Shown one piece after another: positions 43,501-49,800 of a DNA stretch of 64,000 bases. The position numbers were made by a program, and so were the translations under genes. Each line of letters begins with the position of its first letter. Position 1 is the first letter of the stretch. This DNA is from an uncultured virus (IMG/VR IMGVR_UViG_3300025653_003319) (lineage: Duplodnaviria > Heunggongvirae > Uroviricota > Caudoviricetes). A model generated the notes under the pieces. It was not told where the DNA came from, ran no database searches, and saw only the letters and a list, made by a program, of their open reading frames with translations. Where the stretch lies: the IMG/VR virus record IMGVR_UViG_3300025653_003319; one strand, written 5' to 3'.

Positions 43501-46500
43501 ATGTAATACTATTGTTCAATGTAATATCAAACGGTAAGTATGAATCCACAGTAAAATCTTTGTCTGCACATAAAACTGTATTATTATGTTGTAATATGTA
43601 TAAGTTTTTATCTAATGCAATATTGACTGTGTTACTAAATGTGTATTCCTGTAAACTCACATTGCTAATTACAATTTCTTCATTGCTGTAATCTGTACCA
43701 ATTGGAACCATATAAGACAAGTCAAACCCACCTTCAGTGACTTTGCTAGATTTTATAGTTTTTAGTACCGTGTCTAGTATTTCTAAATTTGTTTGACTTA
43801 AATAGTCATTGTTATTGATATAAAGTTCTAAATTTGATATAAATTTCTTTTTAAAGTTATTGTATTGATCATTGCCAAATCTCAATGCATTAATTAAATT
43901 CCTGTCTTCGTTCTTACTTAAATACATGGAGTGCAGTAAATCAGAATCTATTTGGCCAATGTTAATATCATTTACATTAAATGTTTTACTTGTATCTTTG
44001 AAATTGTTATTGCCAGTGACTTTACCGCTAAAACCTTCTTGCCCTAGTAACAATTTATTTCCATGACCAATAAGATCGCTCAATCTGGTTTCTGTGATTT
44101 CAGTGTTCAACGGATTATATTTTAATGCACTTGGAATCTCAAAGAATCCGTATGAATCAATTGTTGTTTTTCTTCCTTCTTTTGTAAATGTCTTAACATT
44201 TAATACATCTGTATTTTTTAAAGTTACTGTTTGATTAAATGTAAAGTTAAATGTTGCATCGACTCCGTGTCCGTTATTAGATGCTGTAGTAACAATTGAT
44301 GTAATATTTCCAGGGTGGCCAACCAATTCGCTGTAAAGGCCATAGTTTGAAACTGAAATAGTTTTAATCTGTCCGCCGCCGTTACTGATGTTTCCGTCAT
44401 ATGATTCTGCATCGGTAACAGTAATTGCAATATTACTATTGCTTCCTGCTATACTTAAAGTAAGTATATCACCAACTTCATACCCTAAACCTGTGTTATT
44501 TAATGACACGTCATTAAGTGTAGGATTTATTACAATACCTGTACTGCTATTTCTAATTGCAAAGTCTTTGTTTATAGTGAGAGCAGTATCGTTTAATTTA
44601 ACAATTATATCATTATTGTGAGGTGATGCACTTGTTGTAAAAAATTTATCTGCTGAATTAACTTTGTCAATTATAATGACATCTTCTACATACTGTTTTG
44701 AATATAAGGAATTATCGTCTTCATAATATTTAAAATTACTAATATTAAAACTACCTGCAGAAATATTTGCATTTGCTATAAAATATTGCCCTTCGTATTT
44801 TACAACTTCGTTTGTAAAATATGTTTCTACATTACTAAAGTCTCTGTATTGATGTGGATAACTTATTGGATGCCAATTGTTCTTAAATCTTGTGTTGTCA
44901 TTGCCTTTATAATCTTGTTGTAAATCTTTGTAAAACAAATATCCAGGTATTGTAGATGTATTTGCTAATAAATTTGCTTTGTAATTTACTGTATGATTAC
45001 CCAGATGATTAAAAAATGTTGGCTCACTGTTGAATTTGCTTGTTTGGTAAACAACATTAGCACCTAAAACTGCATCATATGATGTTTGTTTAGTACTTGT
45101 TTTATCAGTGTTGTATGTAAATACAGGACAGCCTTTGAAATCACTGTGCGGATATTTTGCAGGGTCATCTACTTTTGTACCTGCAGAGTCATATAAATTA
45201 AATAACGGCTCTTGATTAATTTGAATTTTTTGTTGTGCTTGTTTCCATGATGTGCCTGTCCAATAGTAATCTAAACCTATATTAGTTCCTGTGATGCTAT
45301 ACACCTGTCCATTAGTAACAACTAAATTACTTAAAGATGTATCTTCAACAAATTGAATTGTACCGCTGTTGTCTTGTATTCTATAAATTTTTTCTGCTAT
45401 TGCTGTATCGTCTTGTGGAAAAATAATACTGGCATTTGCAGTACCCGATGCACTATTAATTGGGAATCCTAATGCCAATCCTTCTAGATCTTCTTTTTTC
45501 TTATCTGCTATTATGTCCACTTTAGATATAAATGAGTTGCCCCAATTATATAATTCTATATCTCTATCAAATTCTAAAATAGGTCGTGTTGCTCTTTGAG
45601 CCGATTCTGGTAAAGCAAATCCCGTTACATTATCTTTAAGTGGTTGCCGTAACTCGTTTACATGCCACCAGTAATTTAATCTACTCCATGGATTCTTATT
45701 TTTAGCACCTTTTTCCATAACCATGTAATCAGGTTGATTTTGTGTTGATTCTGATCCCCATGGTGTTGCGCCCCAACCGTAAACTGTATCAATGTTCCAT
45801 TGTAGTTGCGGTTGTATATATGTTTGATGATAATCGTCTAATGCAAAATTTCTAGTCCCTTGCACACTATCAGGCAATAAATAGTTGCCTAATGATTCGA
45901 CATCTAAGTAAACAACGTTTCCTGTTCTCTGGGCATTGTTACCTAAATAATATACATTGGCCGCTACTGCATCGCCTACTTTGAGTGCAAGATTACCAAT
46001 GTACAGTCTAGTATTATTATGCACTGATGCACTTGCGGCTCCTGATGCCTCACTATCTGCTAAGTTTCTATAGTACTCTTTGAAATCACCACCTGGTGTA
46101 ACAACAAAATCTTCTGGTAAAGTTGTTTCTAAATTATAATACGAACTGGAATTTGCCTGAGTATATGTTATTGAAATTGATTGTTCTAAAGGAAAATCAC
46201 TAAATTCTGCATAAGCAGATGTGGAATCGCCTGGCAAAATAAATTGTATTCCTTTTCCTACGCCTGTAACAATATAAGCAGTATCTTTAGTTAGCACACT
46301 GGTATTTGAAATATGGTCGCCTGTGAATTTTACTACCATGTCATTTCTAAGTTCTTGACCTGCTGGCGATGTATATGACTTTAGACCTTGTATGTTATCT
46401 ATGTTAATTTGTACGTTTGCATTACCATTAATTTCAGTAACTTCTGGACCTGTTGGGTACCAATAGTAATCTTGATAGTTAATTAATTTGTCTATGTTTA

Positions 46501-46858
46501 TAGGCGGTGCAAATGCATATTGATTTGTTTTAAATAATCTGTCGTGGTTATCGATTAAGCCACCTTTGCTTCTTATGTCATACAAAAAGTCCTCATAGAA
46601 AACATAATTTACAGGTTTACCCGAATCTGGATTTATAGTAGTCACTACAGGATCAAAACTGTAGTATTCTCTATTAGGTGCTGGTTGCTCTACAAAGGAT
46701 GTATTGCTACTACCTATTTCTCTTGGTGTCCCTATAAAGCCTTGTATATTTTCTATATTTGCTTTTGAAAATAATTGCTCAACTGTGCTTTCAAAGAAAT
46801 TTTTATTAACACTAGTTTGGTGCTGTATAGGTAATAGATCAAAAAATTTGTTTGTCAT
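25577..46858 (-). CDS. Giant 7093-aa virion protein (baseplate wedge/tail-associated)
   Basis: Uninterrupted 21.3-kb ORF coupled to the gp6-like gene; NxGxGY repeats, CBM-like and beta-rich T/N/S segments, C-terminal LTGVTRGTNGT motif. Confidence 0.75.
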   Translation of the reverse strand: MTNKFFDLLPIQHQTSVNKNFFESTVEQLFSKANIENIQGFIGTPREIGSSNTSFVEQPAPNREYYSFDPVVTTINPDSGKPVNYVFYEDFLYDIRSKGGLIDNHDRLFKTNQYAFAPPINIDKLINYQDYYWYPTGPEVTEINGNANVQINIDNIQGLKSYTSPAGQELRNDMVVKFTGDHISNTSVLTKDTAYIVTGVGKGIQFILPGDSTSAYAEFSDFPLEQSISITYTQANSSSYYNLETTLPEDFVVTPGGDFKEYYRNLADSEASGAASASVHNNTRLYIGNLALKVGDAVAANVYYLGNNAQRTGNVVYLDVESLGNYLLPDSVQGTRNFALDDYHQTYIQPQLQWNIDTVYGWGATPWGSESTQNQPDYMVMEKGAKNKNPWSRLNYWWHVNELRQPLKDNVTGFALPESAQRATRPILEFDRDIELYNWGNSFISKVDIIADKKKEDLEGLALGFPINSASGTANASIIFPQDDTAIAEKIYRIQDNSGTIQFVEDTSLSNLVVTNGQVYSITGTNIGLDYYWTGTSWKQAQQKIQINQEPLFNLYDSAGTKVDDPAKYPHSDFKGCPVFTYNTDKTSTKQTSYDAVLGANVVYQTSKFNSEPTFFNHLGNHTVNYKANLLANTSTIPGYLFYKDLQQDYKGNDNTRFKNNWHPISYPHQYRDFSNVETYFTNEVVKYEGQYFIANANISAGSFNISNFKYYEDDNSLYSKQYVEDVIIIDKVNSADKFFTTSASPHNNDIIVKLNDTALTINKDFAIRNSSTGIVINPTLNDVSLNNTGLGYEVGDILTLSIAGSNSNIAITVTDAESYDGNISNGGGQIKTISVSNYGLYSELVGHPGNITSIVTTASNNGHGVDATFNFTFNQTVTLKNTDVLNVKTFTKEGRKTTIDSYGFFEIPSALKYNPLNTEITETRLSDLIGHGNKLLLGQEGFSGKVTGNNNFKDTSKTFNVNDINIGQIDSDLLHSMYLSKNEDRNLINALRFGNDQYNNFKKKFISNLELYINNNDYLSQTNLEILDTVLKTIKSSKVTEGGFDLSYMVPIGTDYSNEEIVISNVSLQEYTFSNTVNIALDKNLYILQHNNTVLCADKDFTVDSYLPFDITLNNSITLAENDTLNLRIYEDSESADVPASLSKLGMFRAFQPQFMTDTSYQVNKDVILCHDGSYVIKQNDKIDDIILTFEQIIYSNIEEEYRNCEYIELNEYEIKPSFFCETDYSLVEYNKLLTTNFNKWNRQSKVDYRTNTVFDSTNEFTWNYASGPTEPGYWRGMYDYYYDTQTPTVTPWEMFGYCKKPSWWDTEYPTAITSSYTAFWNNVRDGYIPAGSRKGYWKRWARPTIYSYLPVDSSGNLRSPKEIVYTSLTGDSLNIDNLWAFGDIAPVEYAWRKSSHYPFAILEMLYLSRPGEFAKLFYDKRNLQRLSVQPEQLVDKTTGKRKLRQNFEPHGYKSTDNIITLRPGYTTLLYQYLSFYSLNINVEIGNPVKTLDTRLGHKFAGFVNSKQLNVFSESISTDGLSASQVLPKEDVTVNLHTSPFNSRNFYTGVKITKQAEGYSVSGFDTVSQYFDIIPSDVAGPFEGVQEGGTPADFSVFETLTSYLKDEIIKLGSVYYIAKQNISPGAFDSNMWTPLKSLPTIGGASGTVYQLGTGVTEKVYYDTVFQNAGKVFDFLISLSRKQKEIGFDFGEFDSSINSMNDWILAGKRFLFWSTENHEIGDSIKLSPLAETLKFVSTTGKISKINRQINEQYSIVDENNKAIIPEDCSIVREDNTITVSPIGNRIYGMLLHTELVEHAFVINNKTVFNDIINDNVLGIRQDRLEINTQRSRNWDGRYQAEGLVIVGDAVLPNFDTLIDSIRLYHDKDTTQLDPLKSQLAKGLLGYQTTNEYADIKIDDTIGFQYYKGLINQKGTANSLTSLIRSNVVNTNKNIEIFEEWAIKRGEFGDVYNHQSMDIKLEQDKFTRDNQQIEIIYPENVTGAVSNIFVFERNTTYYNVPTIEIDPPASGNAAQATAKLFANAQLESVTITNGGDGYASKPNVAVITGNIVISQFSDVLAFGLAGSNASVDLPLTGANAVTNVNIYDHTTESNLDIYLGNERSIDSVVELLNNKFTNANIANIVAYGDIDTETEKHLVTQVTKAGSNTRISTDRATITSNTSIEINTPVGSNAFVITNGASTLTLSNVDSITNTNPATVTLTTKTGFTPLQNGDTLTFVNHEPYSVLTSDILNKTYFVKATADSTIYELYTNETLTANVDATSWYNESVSGTDTHLQSVGAYRSAEADLVNVDFNYSTITGSGIRNTSYFAELSAFNNSYYAEAGTSNTQIKLYTDPALQIPLNTTALSKPFSDTNLANDFIQANVTVLGTGGDNRLFIKGTDFTIREVRLPGKLSDETTLEVLNIPAGRYQPTQRFPIRSANNTTTNDIIVSVDGKNVGTTYWSYDRGARTSITANASIVNDYNINPNNAFSIVLGGQNRFEDQNITRLNGLYPFAEIYIDGNKVNNTPDYDAFTLTNNLTETTISFSNASLYTDNFSIGSNITVIESGSVQFNNTFTADVPGKVLSIKSVANDTLIANTISKRTYERTKDILTDNKITIDIDDTETMLKRPSNSLQDGLWYRDNKQDYIVPNAGYVNRNKVNWESIDLPYFANLIGSGKVNIPNENDYLHLGKSENEDWNVFQLKKHGIESTTGNVSGAKNYIDNVNGRAMLFSDQRLSKWTDGNILGDKTNANFYDNIVVIKNANLSDTVLEWSNENFVFTPRVVYKGDYKPLKKINRGIVKIEPGHTKPITKVEPYKDQNYMARIYAEKSHPAPGLEFFTRASVIKDNLPNAHANSVLISPNSLAGLGVGDIVRFTGTQATAANLTLGKAYTVTGISERGLGGNPGAVDVDDPSKGFFTINEANVTGTDYASINSDCYVTYESDLDFNVNMKVKGLSGASTVLLEVGDTYNLNVSSYISNGLDIDFGLTSGERITNTNDFYVEDSSYAVANWNSSSKTFEISSNVTTQTAAITRPGFNEITLAAFGNSDGKGNSTLAGANSAIIDKGDFVQFTSVGNYSGNVYPVQSNDGNFIQIYDPAITSNTAGRTAVVYTGSKETRTGSISSLTSNALTLSSFTTSNLGNYGFGNVQYMNSNTSTGVIPGVSGSERPFKINGNTVIVDVADSVRTMQTRFPVHTLRDTTNNTVDLFFRDNGAGEFARVLFNDSEKTPEEQQLLSNDPSKLFNYNNKPVYLGLGLPISRNQLSLETDFTGIPESLRSIDGVELDLEFRYVTEQGLLELLRQTGIKGKLVTSDTSSVEFVNNAYEMLSKTENFDSAWWIENFTYTSDNPSLDGMYIELQARNGNNVTSKLDLIPRHIGEHEAFNITGEVEKGLTISTVASRLLDKNNKHKLKLDFSDLHPMSFTKVISVIDKKQNDLIWTDPNGNIIQVHPSQPMKIRSSLKTNKLKPSHVNGGHYPFEWWSEDVKNVLSQGADNKIILNLGFENGLTTYPGNNNFDIAVPLVIVHGAKFKYTLAPTTKNELLNLRVAIKDDTGNISQVVDRKITSVGQSSITIDNSDNTFTTNDTTNNLNAIIYQVDENKNKQVLANDYGSPVEKSTTDNGYSAVLLQPKNALSSLSNGNTLGYISTLPTQIGSAGTFYVGINNSANVSLDSIFGSNLDIALDYLPLNHTGVTSKQIDVTNVNVAIDVHVIEPQHKMFMDTEAVNNSILRFADTVHGANSILTGNILVANTQTNYAIIPKGISNNVGDFAINETQKNSLGIIVSSAYGPHLVLNKPNNLLSVNDTIFVNTSGSANGINNTEFRIREVTENTFTIKLANTNVIPTAELSSMKYLTYGSPIIQGTASTSTVTTRTIHVPANIHVFEPGDNITLNTGAVDTASVNGQTYIVSAVLENAIMINHATAPTSLTTNLTASLTGNANLHIVTLPRGYAIPGVTGSIYDPENNYSLGSNTTVTLNKITDLDFDKNFTTTDSKPVMYFEKDLGTSFNDDEYMIDIYEATRFYSKDHKIGKVDDNQLVVSSTNASSEGLVNIELPNGLRGLSVGANVTFSHSQTGHVLSGNSFVVKDFVNIVDNIEGGSEQYITIEAPGATATANVFSVSYDNYIPSQNRSIKISKTKNYDGFATPFMADKDSFVVNTVYTGNAITNGHWVSDTMLITGTTDFQNEINLKPSHNHIAIKNSPIRNYNATYKMAPIGLDQRRLNKNQIQVFGFTNSNVALEFTDKNVSYSLTDHNVVEVNDNKTYLPMQDTVEQVADSINFVSDFKAGAIDKEKKIEVGFLFGYRDPRSDNRSAPDFNQKYIQRPADVTGLDQVYSYEYIGAPGGNALKGGVNKYSPIKLNETIAERRAPSKLSGKYIIDMQGLEEQVYYGTLNEERTKRPHGAPAYKVLDGKITSDKQLVKDYENNLSNMYLDPTLRTIKNKAEPPFGSPKFSVWPYTGYTGYYGGDVAGFNFYDHYDGVRRQLNGHGGGGGISGGGGGPGNTPPQDPPPQDPPVQETCGKFRITLYDTNSGEEGTTYEFDDGLFDIVQQYIDSEYQNISGYQNQFIEAGGTGADWTTVLSYIEGIGENYTKIPYNQIDVDLCELQDLHIKDISGNTCTSSGEVLHLGGSAVNLPEGCDPCSLADSINAQSPNFRAECVPAEDKREPKSCVIKGGRQAWGTTDFRGVDKIVKLGNSKGQSMVYVGQRDDNYKLLEGRKDGVPTVLFGSRHDDARLMVSIDGPNLLKTIKLQLEEKGLDPNSYKSIVLRSTTNNDQAGELLHWKNSTSRITNTGSGIKGEYNNIDDRPFAIVYAPASGSVFDEGQQLQTIQYGKDNMHRGINKDTISVYVSKLNRSSYDYGTKGKGILYRLPKNGSSQHKYLGDLFNFTVIDDLYLGGFGSRTDEDTRSNAITTTEEQDDRGFKFTKITGYGERVQSGGKWKDRTGGWFQGLWQYHAKQQRRVQGCTSAEDANIPQLNPIVRIKSAVPFSLGTGCARSPFTEVGDFQPYREKVINSSANLTIANALTPEQYNELGGDTTSVFTPKVISGGLPGQEVTIVDIMGAPDTSNPFMTSDYIRIDGYPVNPRSGEGTRDGQIANANVGVVQTGMVEDSTGFNYMVGDKLTIVGGRPKTIDEDAYYLSDIIVTNPGAGYNSSTTRLEIVDAELGTILPGVQINPVFQPRDDAVTPVTKNTGRTAISSAILPYKTYVGYKGCRETNWLNDLDTNTAFIDRAGNSINGITLDARRVDIGIDSLNTYYEETVALSATTAMELGTTYKAFIGTRKYENFGEFMMFNFEENSTTGINDRGQSNFTSSFSESERTNLNGAWIMCWNIPNIQNKFNSTNAHDNFSNLTTGTVGIMKSYFDAEAFGPLTRDDFNHFLSDNIKETNGRIVKFLKLANDRVYFQVMNPYDLDTSAGRSIGTPDFTNMFARFYPINALNEFSTDTTSTFADNYEITIENDTSISSNVTASGTATFTMNSKDAVHGLKVKAKRLGTNPDATMQQFDIFIFQDGVDVGYLRIPATIHFTIPANTHGGEFDITGTTLATNMSKLNYSTVYRPVVQPVNELEESQAIIYKFDFSNLPDDAKVNDIDIDIRFDSYAPGDFDMMWLTSPEGRRIPILQTLGKFGTAGQHDQLGFLDGYDYHNSGLLQQFDFTLTSNQSAEAIKYGGVNLLYSNKVKPSIGMPTRHAENNGQDYDRANGDISKILGSPYGDSILASQYGINYNSAENVLRKFLRETDGNIRGILGKGTWFLEWSRPGRIIDSNYDPEQAGNKKTKIRTPNIKIKYTSASENPAYDTADKESIGDVTIIQKGGFQPEFATRRYTVVAKGSSGSGFEAQAFLKKGKLVGEDNPELKSQTAVFEVLKINQAGSVTKLRILDRGVYEVFPAEFERGVALKYLDGDMASPGMQTRPAGEGYGARVQCTSRSVINCQQPPGIVDRNAGPSRPATPTEILADAINTAGGLDGGITLSSYPINPSVHTLSIKTDADGFELSDIVPGTLDALGIPAGDYGPNAFGFSAEVGDGGNGFGLNDSGIRKDNPFDKGDPDSLILYNASTPPEFDGLSSSNFGNVYSYDINRVNGGQLITEKLQSEVDVLYLKSARVRSRYELKSLMPKAWVDNYDVNGWAYLENGKVIYRKDALVDSSKIKSALIYDNITGERISDVYLNDPFKNVHMPEVERNLTYISESDPVYYADDSSNFNSKNVGELWWNTSNMRVRWYEQSDDDYRRQYWGSYVDGSKVDVYEWIESTETPIEYSGEGTPLDIEKYLIDQKYMSSTGIFTNLYYYWVKDITEVPQVKGRTASASSVASLIASPKLENIPTFGAISNNSIVLNNVKSYLTDDESVFQINFKRTETKYKNKHESYILLGEDNIAGKIPDEFFQKLVDSLVEEDRLGKVVPDPYLNKFEKYGISIRPRQTMFVNPKNARRELVYFINSIMKNIKLTDDLYTGWNSTLTTSAFYEFIDWVETGYDTNTIKSRASVKSIKQMRGLTNIPDGAFVRLVGTGTNPDKFYIYDSVKDDYDLVKIVGGTIKLKDSVFGTINPGLASELRKLLFAIRDNIFKNTNLENRLYFSMLNYVLTEQYQTDWCFKTTYFNVRQSAENLIQTPSTKIDTFDSVVKSIKENKPYTSKLRDFEDRKISIDSLKSFATDFDRPPYQPDLSTTAKILDDNNSADVSILTNNNEYVNWSNNYSNNSTKIRTITEKIFIDRIDDEISPIYNHTDKNGIMTVQLASKYKQPQSNTSAIRMEQLANASSNATPINHIERVFKHNTVVTDLTKKIANTSIYSSDIIAGFIATRDATLRTLAYADFFGEELDANVFAKAYYDSIGKEIMSTGLGYDLFGFDSSGFDSKQSVNNYTVNAAVQSQLIRDTLTYQGFDSSTFFTGLTGPSIPPEHALFKPLEGLQINVQSNMTAYDNDGTVVGNQDGIFRPKSGATQLAGTYGNANVSYKIFVGMSGNTEYVRLSDSNKTTLAANITAKSLTIQITDASTITPPYTGSPATAVFIGDERITFEGIEGNTLTGVTRGTNGTSAEPHTVGESVYDATESNNINTSAFAYGANADPEITLWNVDSGGASLPLSNANTSIARFLQASPGSYFG

Positions 46859-49800
46859 TAGTATCCACTTCCACTTGAACCACTGCTACTGCTACTGCTA
46901 CTGCTACTGCTACTGTTTGTTGTAGATGATTTATTAATTACGTTGCCTTTCAATTGTTTTAAATTTGCTGAAGATAGACTTTTAACTACTTCTACATTAT
47001 CCACTGTTGCTGTAGAAAAGAATAATTCATCTGATGCCGCTCTAACTTGATATAAATCTCCAAATATAGATTCGGACTTACTAGGCACAATTACTACTGA
47101 TGCTATTGCTTTACCTAGTTCCTGATGAATGTACGCACTTAATTCTGAGAAATAAAATGTTTCACCAAAGTCCCAGTTTTCTACATTAAAATAAGTGTCA
47201 ATTAATTCTAACACCGCACTTCTAACTTCTGCATCTGTAGTTGTACTTCCTGGTAGTTTTACAACTTTAATTTTTGCTTGTAATTCTGGTTCTGCGTCAT
47301 TGCCAAATAATAATTTAAATTTACCACTGCTGTAAACTAATTGATCACTAACACTCTTAAATTCATCTAAGCCTGCAAAATCTTGTGCAAGTTGTTCTGA
47401 AGTTGGTGCACTAGGCAATATACTAGTACCGCCATTTTTATAACTTAGCATTGCTTGATAATACGATTTAGTAAGCATAAACATTTCAACAACATTGCTG
47501 ATACTAGGATCTATTCTAACATCACTTGGAGCAATGTGTTGCCATTCAAATGAACATTTTCTTGGATTTGCCTGTAATGTGTTTTGCTCAAAACTTCTAC
47601 CTACTTTTACATTGTACTGGTTGTTTTCTGTTAGTACAATCATTTTAGGTGTTGTTAAGTCATTGATTAATTCATATACTTTAGGTAAAAGCGATCTTGG
47701 AAAAACTAATTTGTGATTAAGTTTACCTAAATTATTTTTTAGATATTTTTCTGCTACACTTAAATCTTTTACAATAATCAAATCAAAATCTGTAAATGGT
47801 GTTTTGTTATCTGGGTCACTACCTGGAGCAACTGTGTCTAATACATAATCAACTGATATTTCTGTTTCAGTTGCAAAATTTAATATTTTGAATTTTGCTG
47901 GTCTTTCGTATGTATAGCCATCTAAGTCAGTGTATTGCTCAAAGAAAACAAAGTCTGTACTACCTACAAACTTGTCAAATAAGTCTGGATCATCTGGAAA
48001 ACCATCATAGTCGCTGTCGACAGGTTTAACAACAACTTTTGCCGGATCGGCAAAGCCGTCACCATATCTGTATGAATCCACAATTTCAAATTGCAGTGGT
48101 TTGTCTAATGACTCTTTGACGTTTTTATAAACTACCTGCAATTTATCTGCATGTTTAAATCCGTTCCATCTGCTACTTAAACTGTCAAAGTCTGAAATTT
48201 TTAAACTTGTGGTTGACGTCAAATCAATAAATCCTTCTGATGCGGAATCTCCTACCTCAAATGTAGTTGTGGTTGCATTACCTGTATAAGTTTTATAACT
48301 ACTTGAACCTGTGTCGTAATTAACATAAGCAATATTACCGTTTGCTCCACCAATAATAGATGTACCAAATTTACTTAATGGTATAGTAATACCACTCGGC
48401 AATGCTGATAATTTTGCACTATTTAATTTTACCACTGCTTTACCAGTTGTTGCTGATATTGGATCTACTGCTATTGTTGTAGATACTGCTGGTGCAAAAT
48501 CACCTTGGCTATAATCTGCTGTGGGCGACACTGATGCTTCACCGTTGACCAGTAAACCAAAATTACTAATAAATCTTATTTCTAAATCTTTTGCTTTTGT
48601 GTCTCTGCTTCTTAAAATTATTTCTGGACTGTTTCCTACATTTGGAGTATATGTTGCATTTGTAGATTCTAATTGCCAACTATCACCTATATCATCTAAA
48701 TTTGTATCAACCCAGTTATATGTTTCTACCAGTTCTGGTTTGAAGTTTGCTGTGGTTAATGCGATAGTATCCTTTAATACCCTTCCTGTTTTACTGTCAA
48801 ATGTTTTTTCATCACTGGAAAAATAAAATTTTATATCTTTGAGACTTTCAAATATAATTCTGGTACCTCTTGTAGTTACTGTGTAATTTGAAATATTTGT
48901 TGTACTGTTAGTACTATTGTATTCAAATTTCATTAACCAACTAGCACCGCTGGTAAGATCCGGATTAAAGTCTGCATTTTTCTGTAAATTACTATTGTCT
49001 ATAACATACCAGTGTGTAATATTACTTCCACCTGGTCTAAAATTATATCCTATACCAAAATCCTCTTTAGCCTTTATTCTTGTATCAAATGCGTTGCCTA
49101 TATCTGTTTCTAGACTATTAGAATTTAATGTAGGTATAATTTCTGTGGCTCTCCATGCATTTGGAATTTCTTTGTTTAATTTTACGACGCCTTCTGTGAC
49201 ACTTAGTAAATTTGTCGGAACGCCATTATTTGTAATACTTGTAATAGTTGCTAATTCTTCTTGTGTTGGATCGTTTGGATTTTTAAATTTTATATAAGAG
49301 CCGGCTTGTATAATTCTATTTTCGTTTACACTATTGTTTAATGTAGTTCTTATGCCGCCATCTAATCTAGTAAAATAACCTGTGTTATTTTTATTTTTAC
49401 TAGGCTGGGTAACCCATGTGATATCTTTATTGTTTGATGTCAAGTCAAATGCTAATGCATCTAAGCCTTTATGTAATTTCCTATAATCATCGTATACAAA
49501 GTTTTGTAAATTTACATCTTTAGTAATATTAGCAACATCCTCTTTTAAAATTTGCATTGCTGTTCTACTTGTACCAAATGTCAAATAAGTGTCTTTATTT
49601 TCTATGTCTTTGTATAATGCCCCATCGTCTGCAAATGATGTGACACTACTAAATCTTCCTGTTGGGTCTTCGATATCAATATATCTACTATGACCTGCAT
49701 GGGTTCTATTTGTAGATTTAAGTTTTAATATGTTTACACTTTGACTCAGTGGAAATACATTATAGTCTTGAGCACTGACCATTCTATTTTGTGTATAATA

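Noticed and set aside
25577..46858. Intein or intron explaining the giant ORF size
   Set aside because: No Hint-domain ends or LAGLIDADG/HNH motifs were recognised; an HMM scan is needed to exclude this fully.
46704..46925. ORF ending CYCYCYCYC, resembling a Cys-rich peptide
   Set aside because: It is the antisense reading of the poly-Ser microsatellite in gp6.
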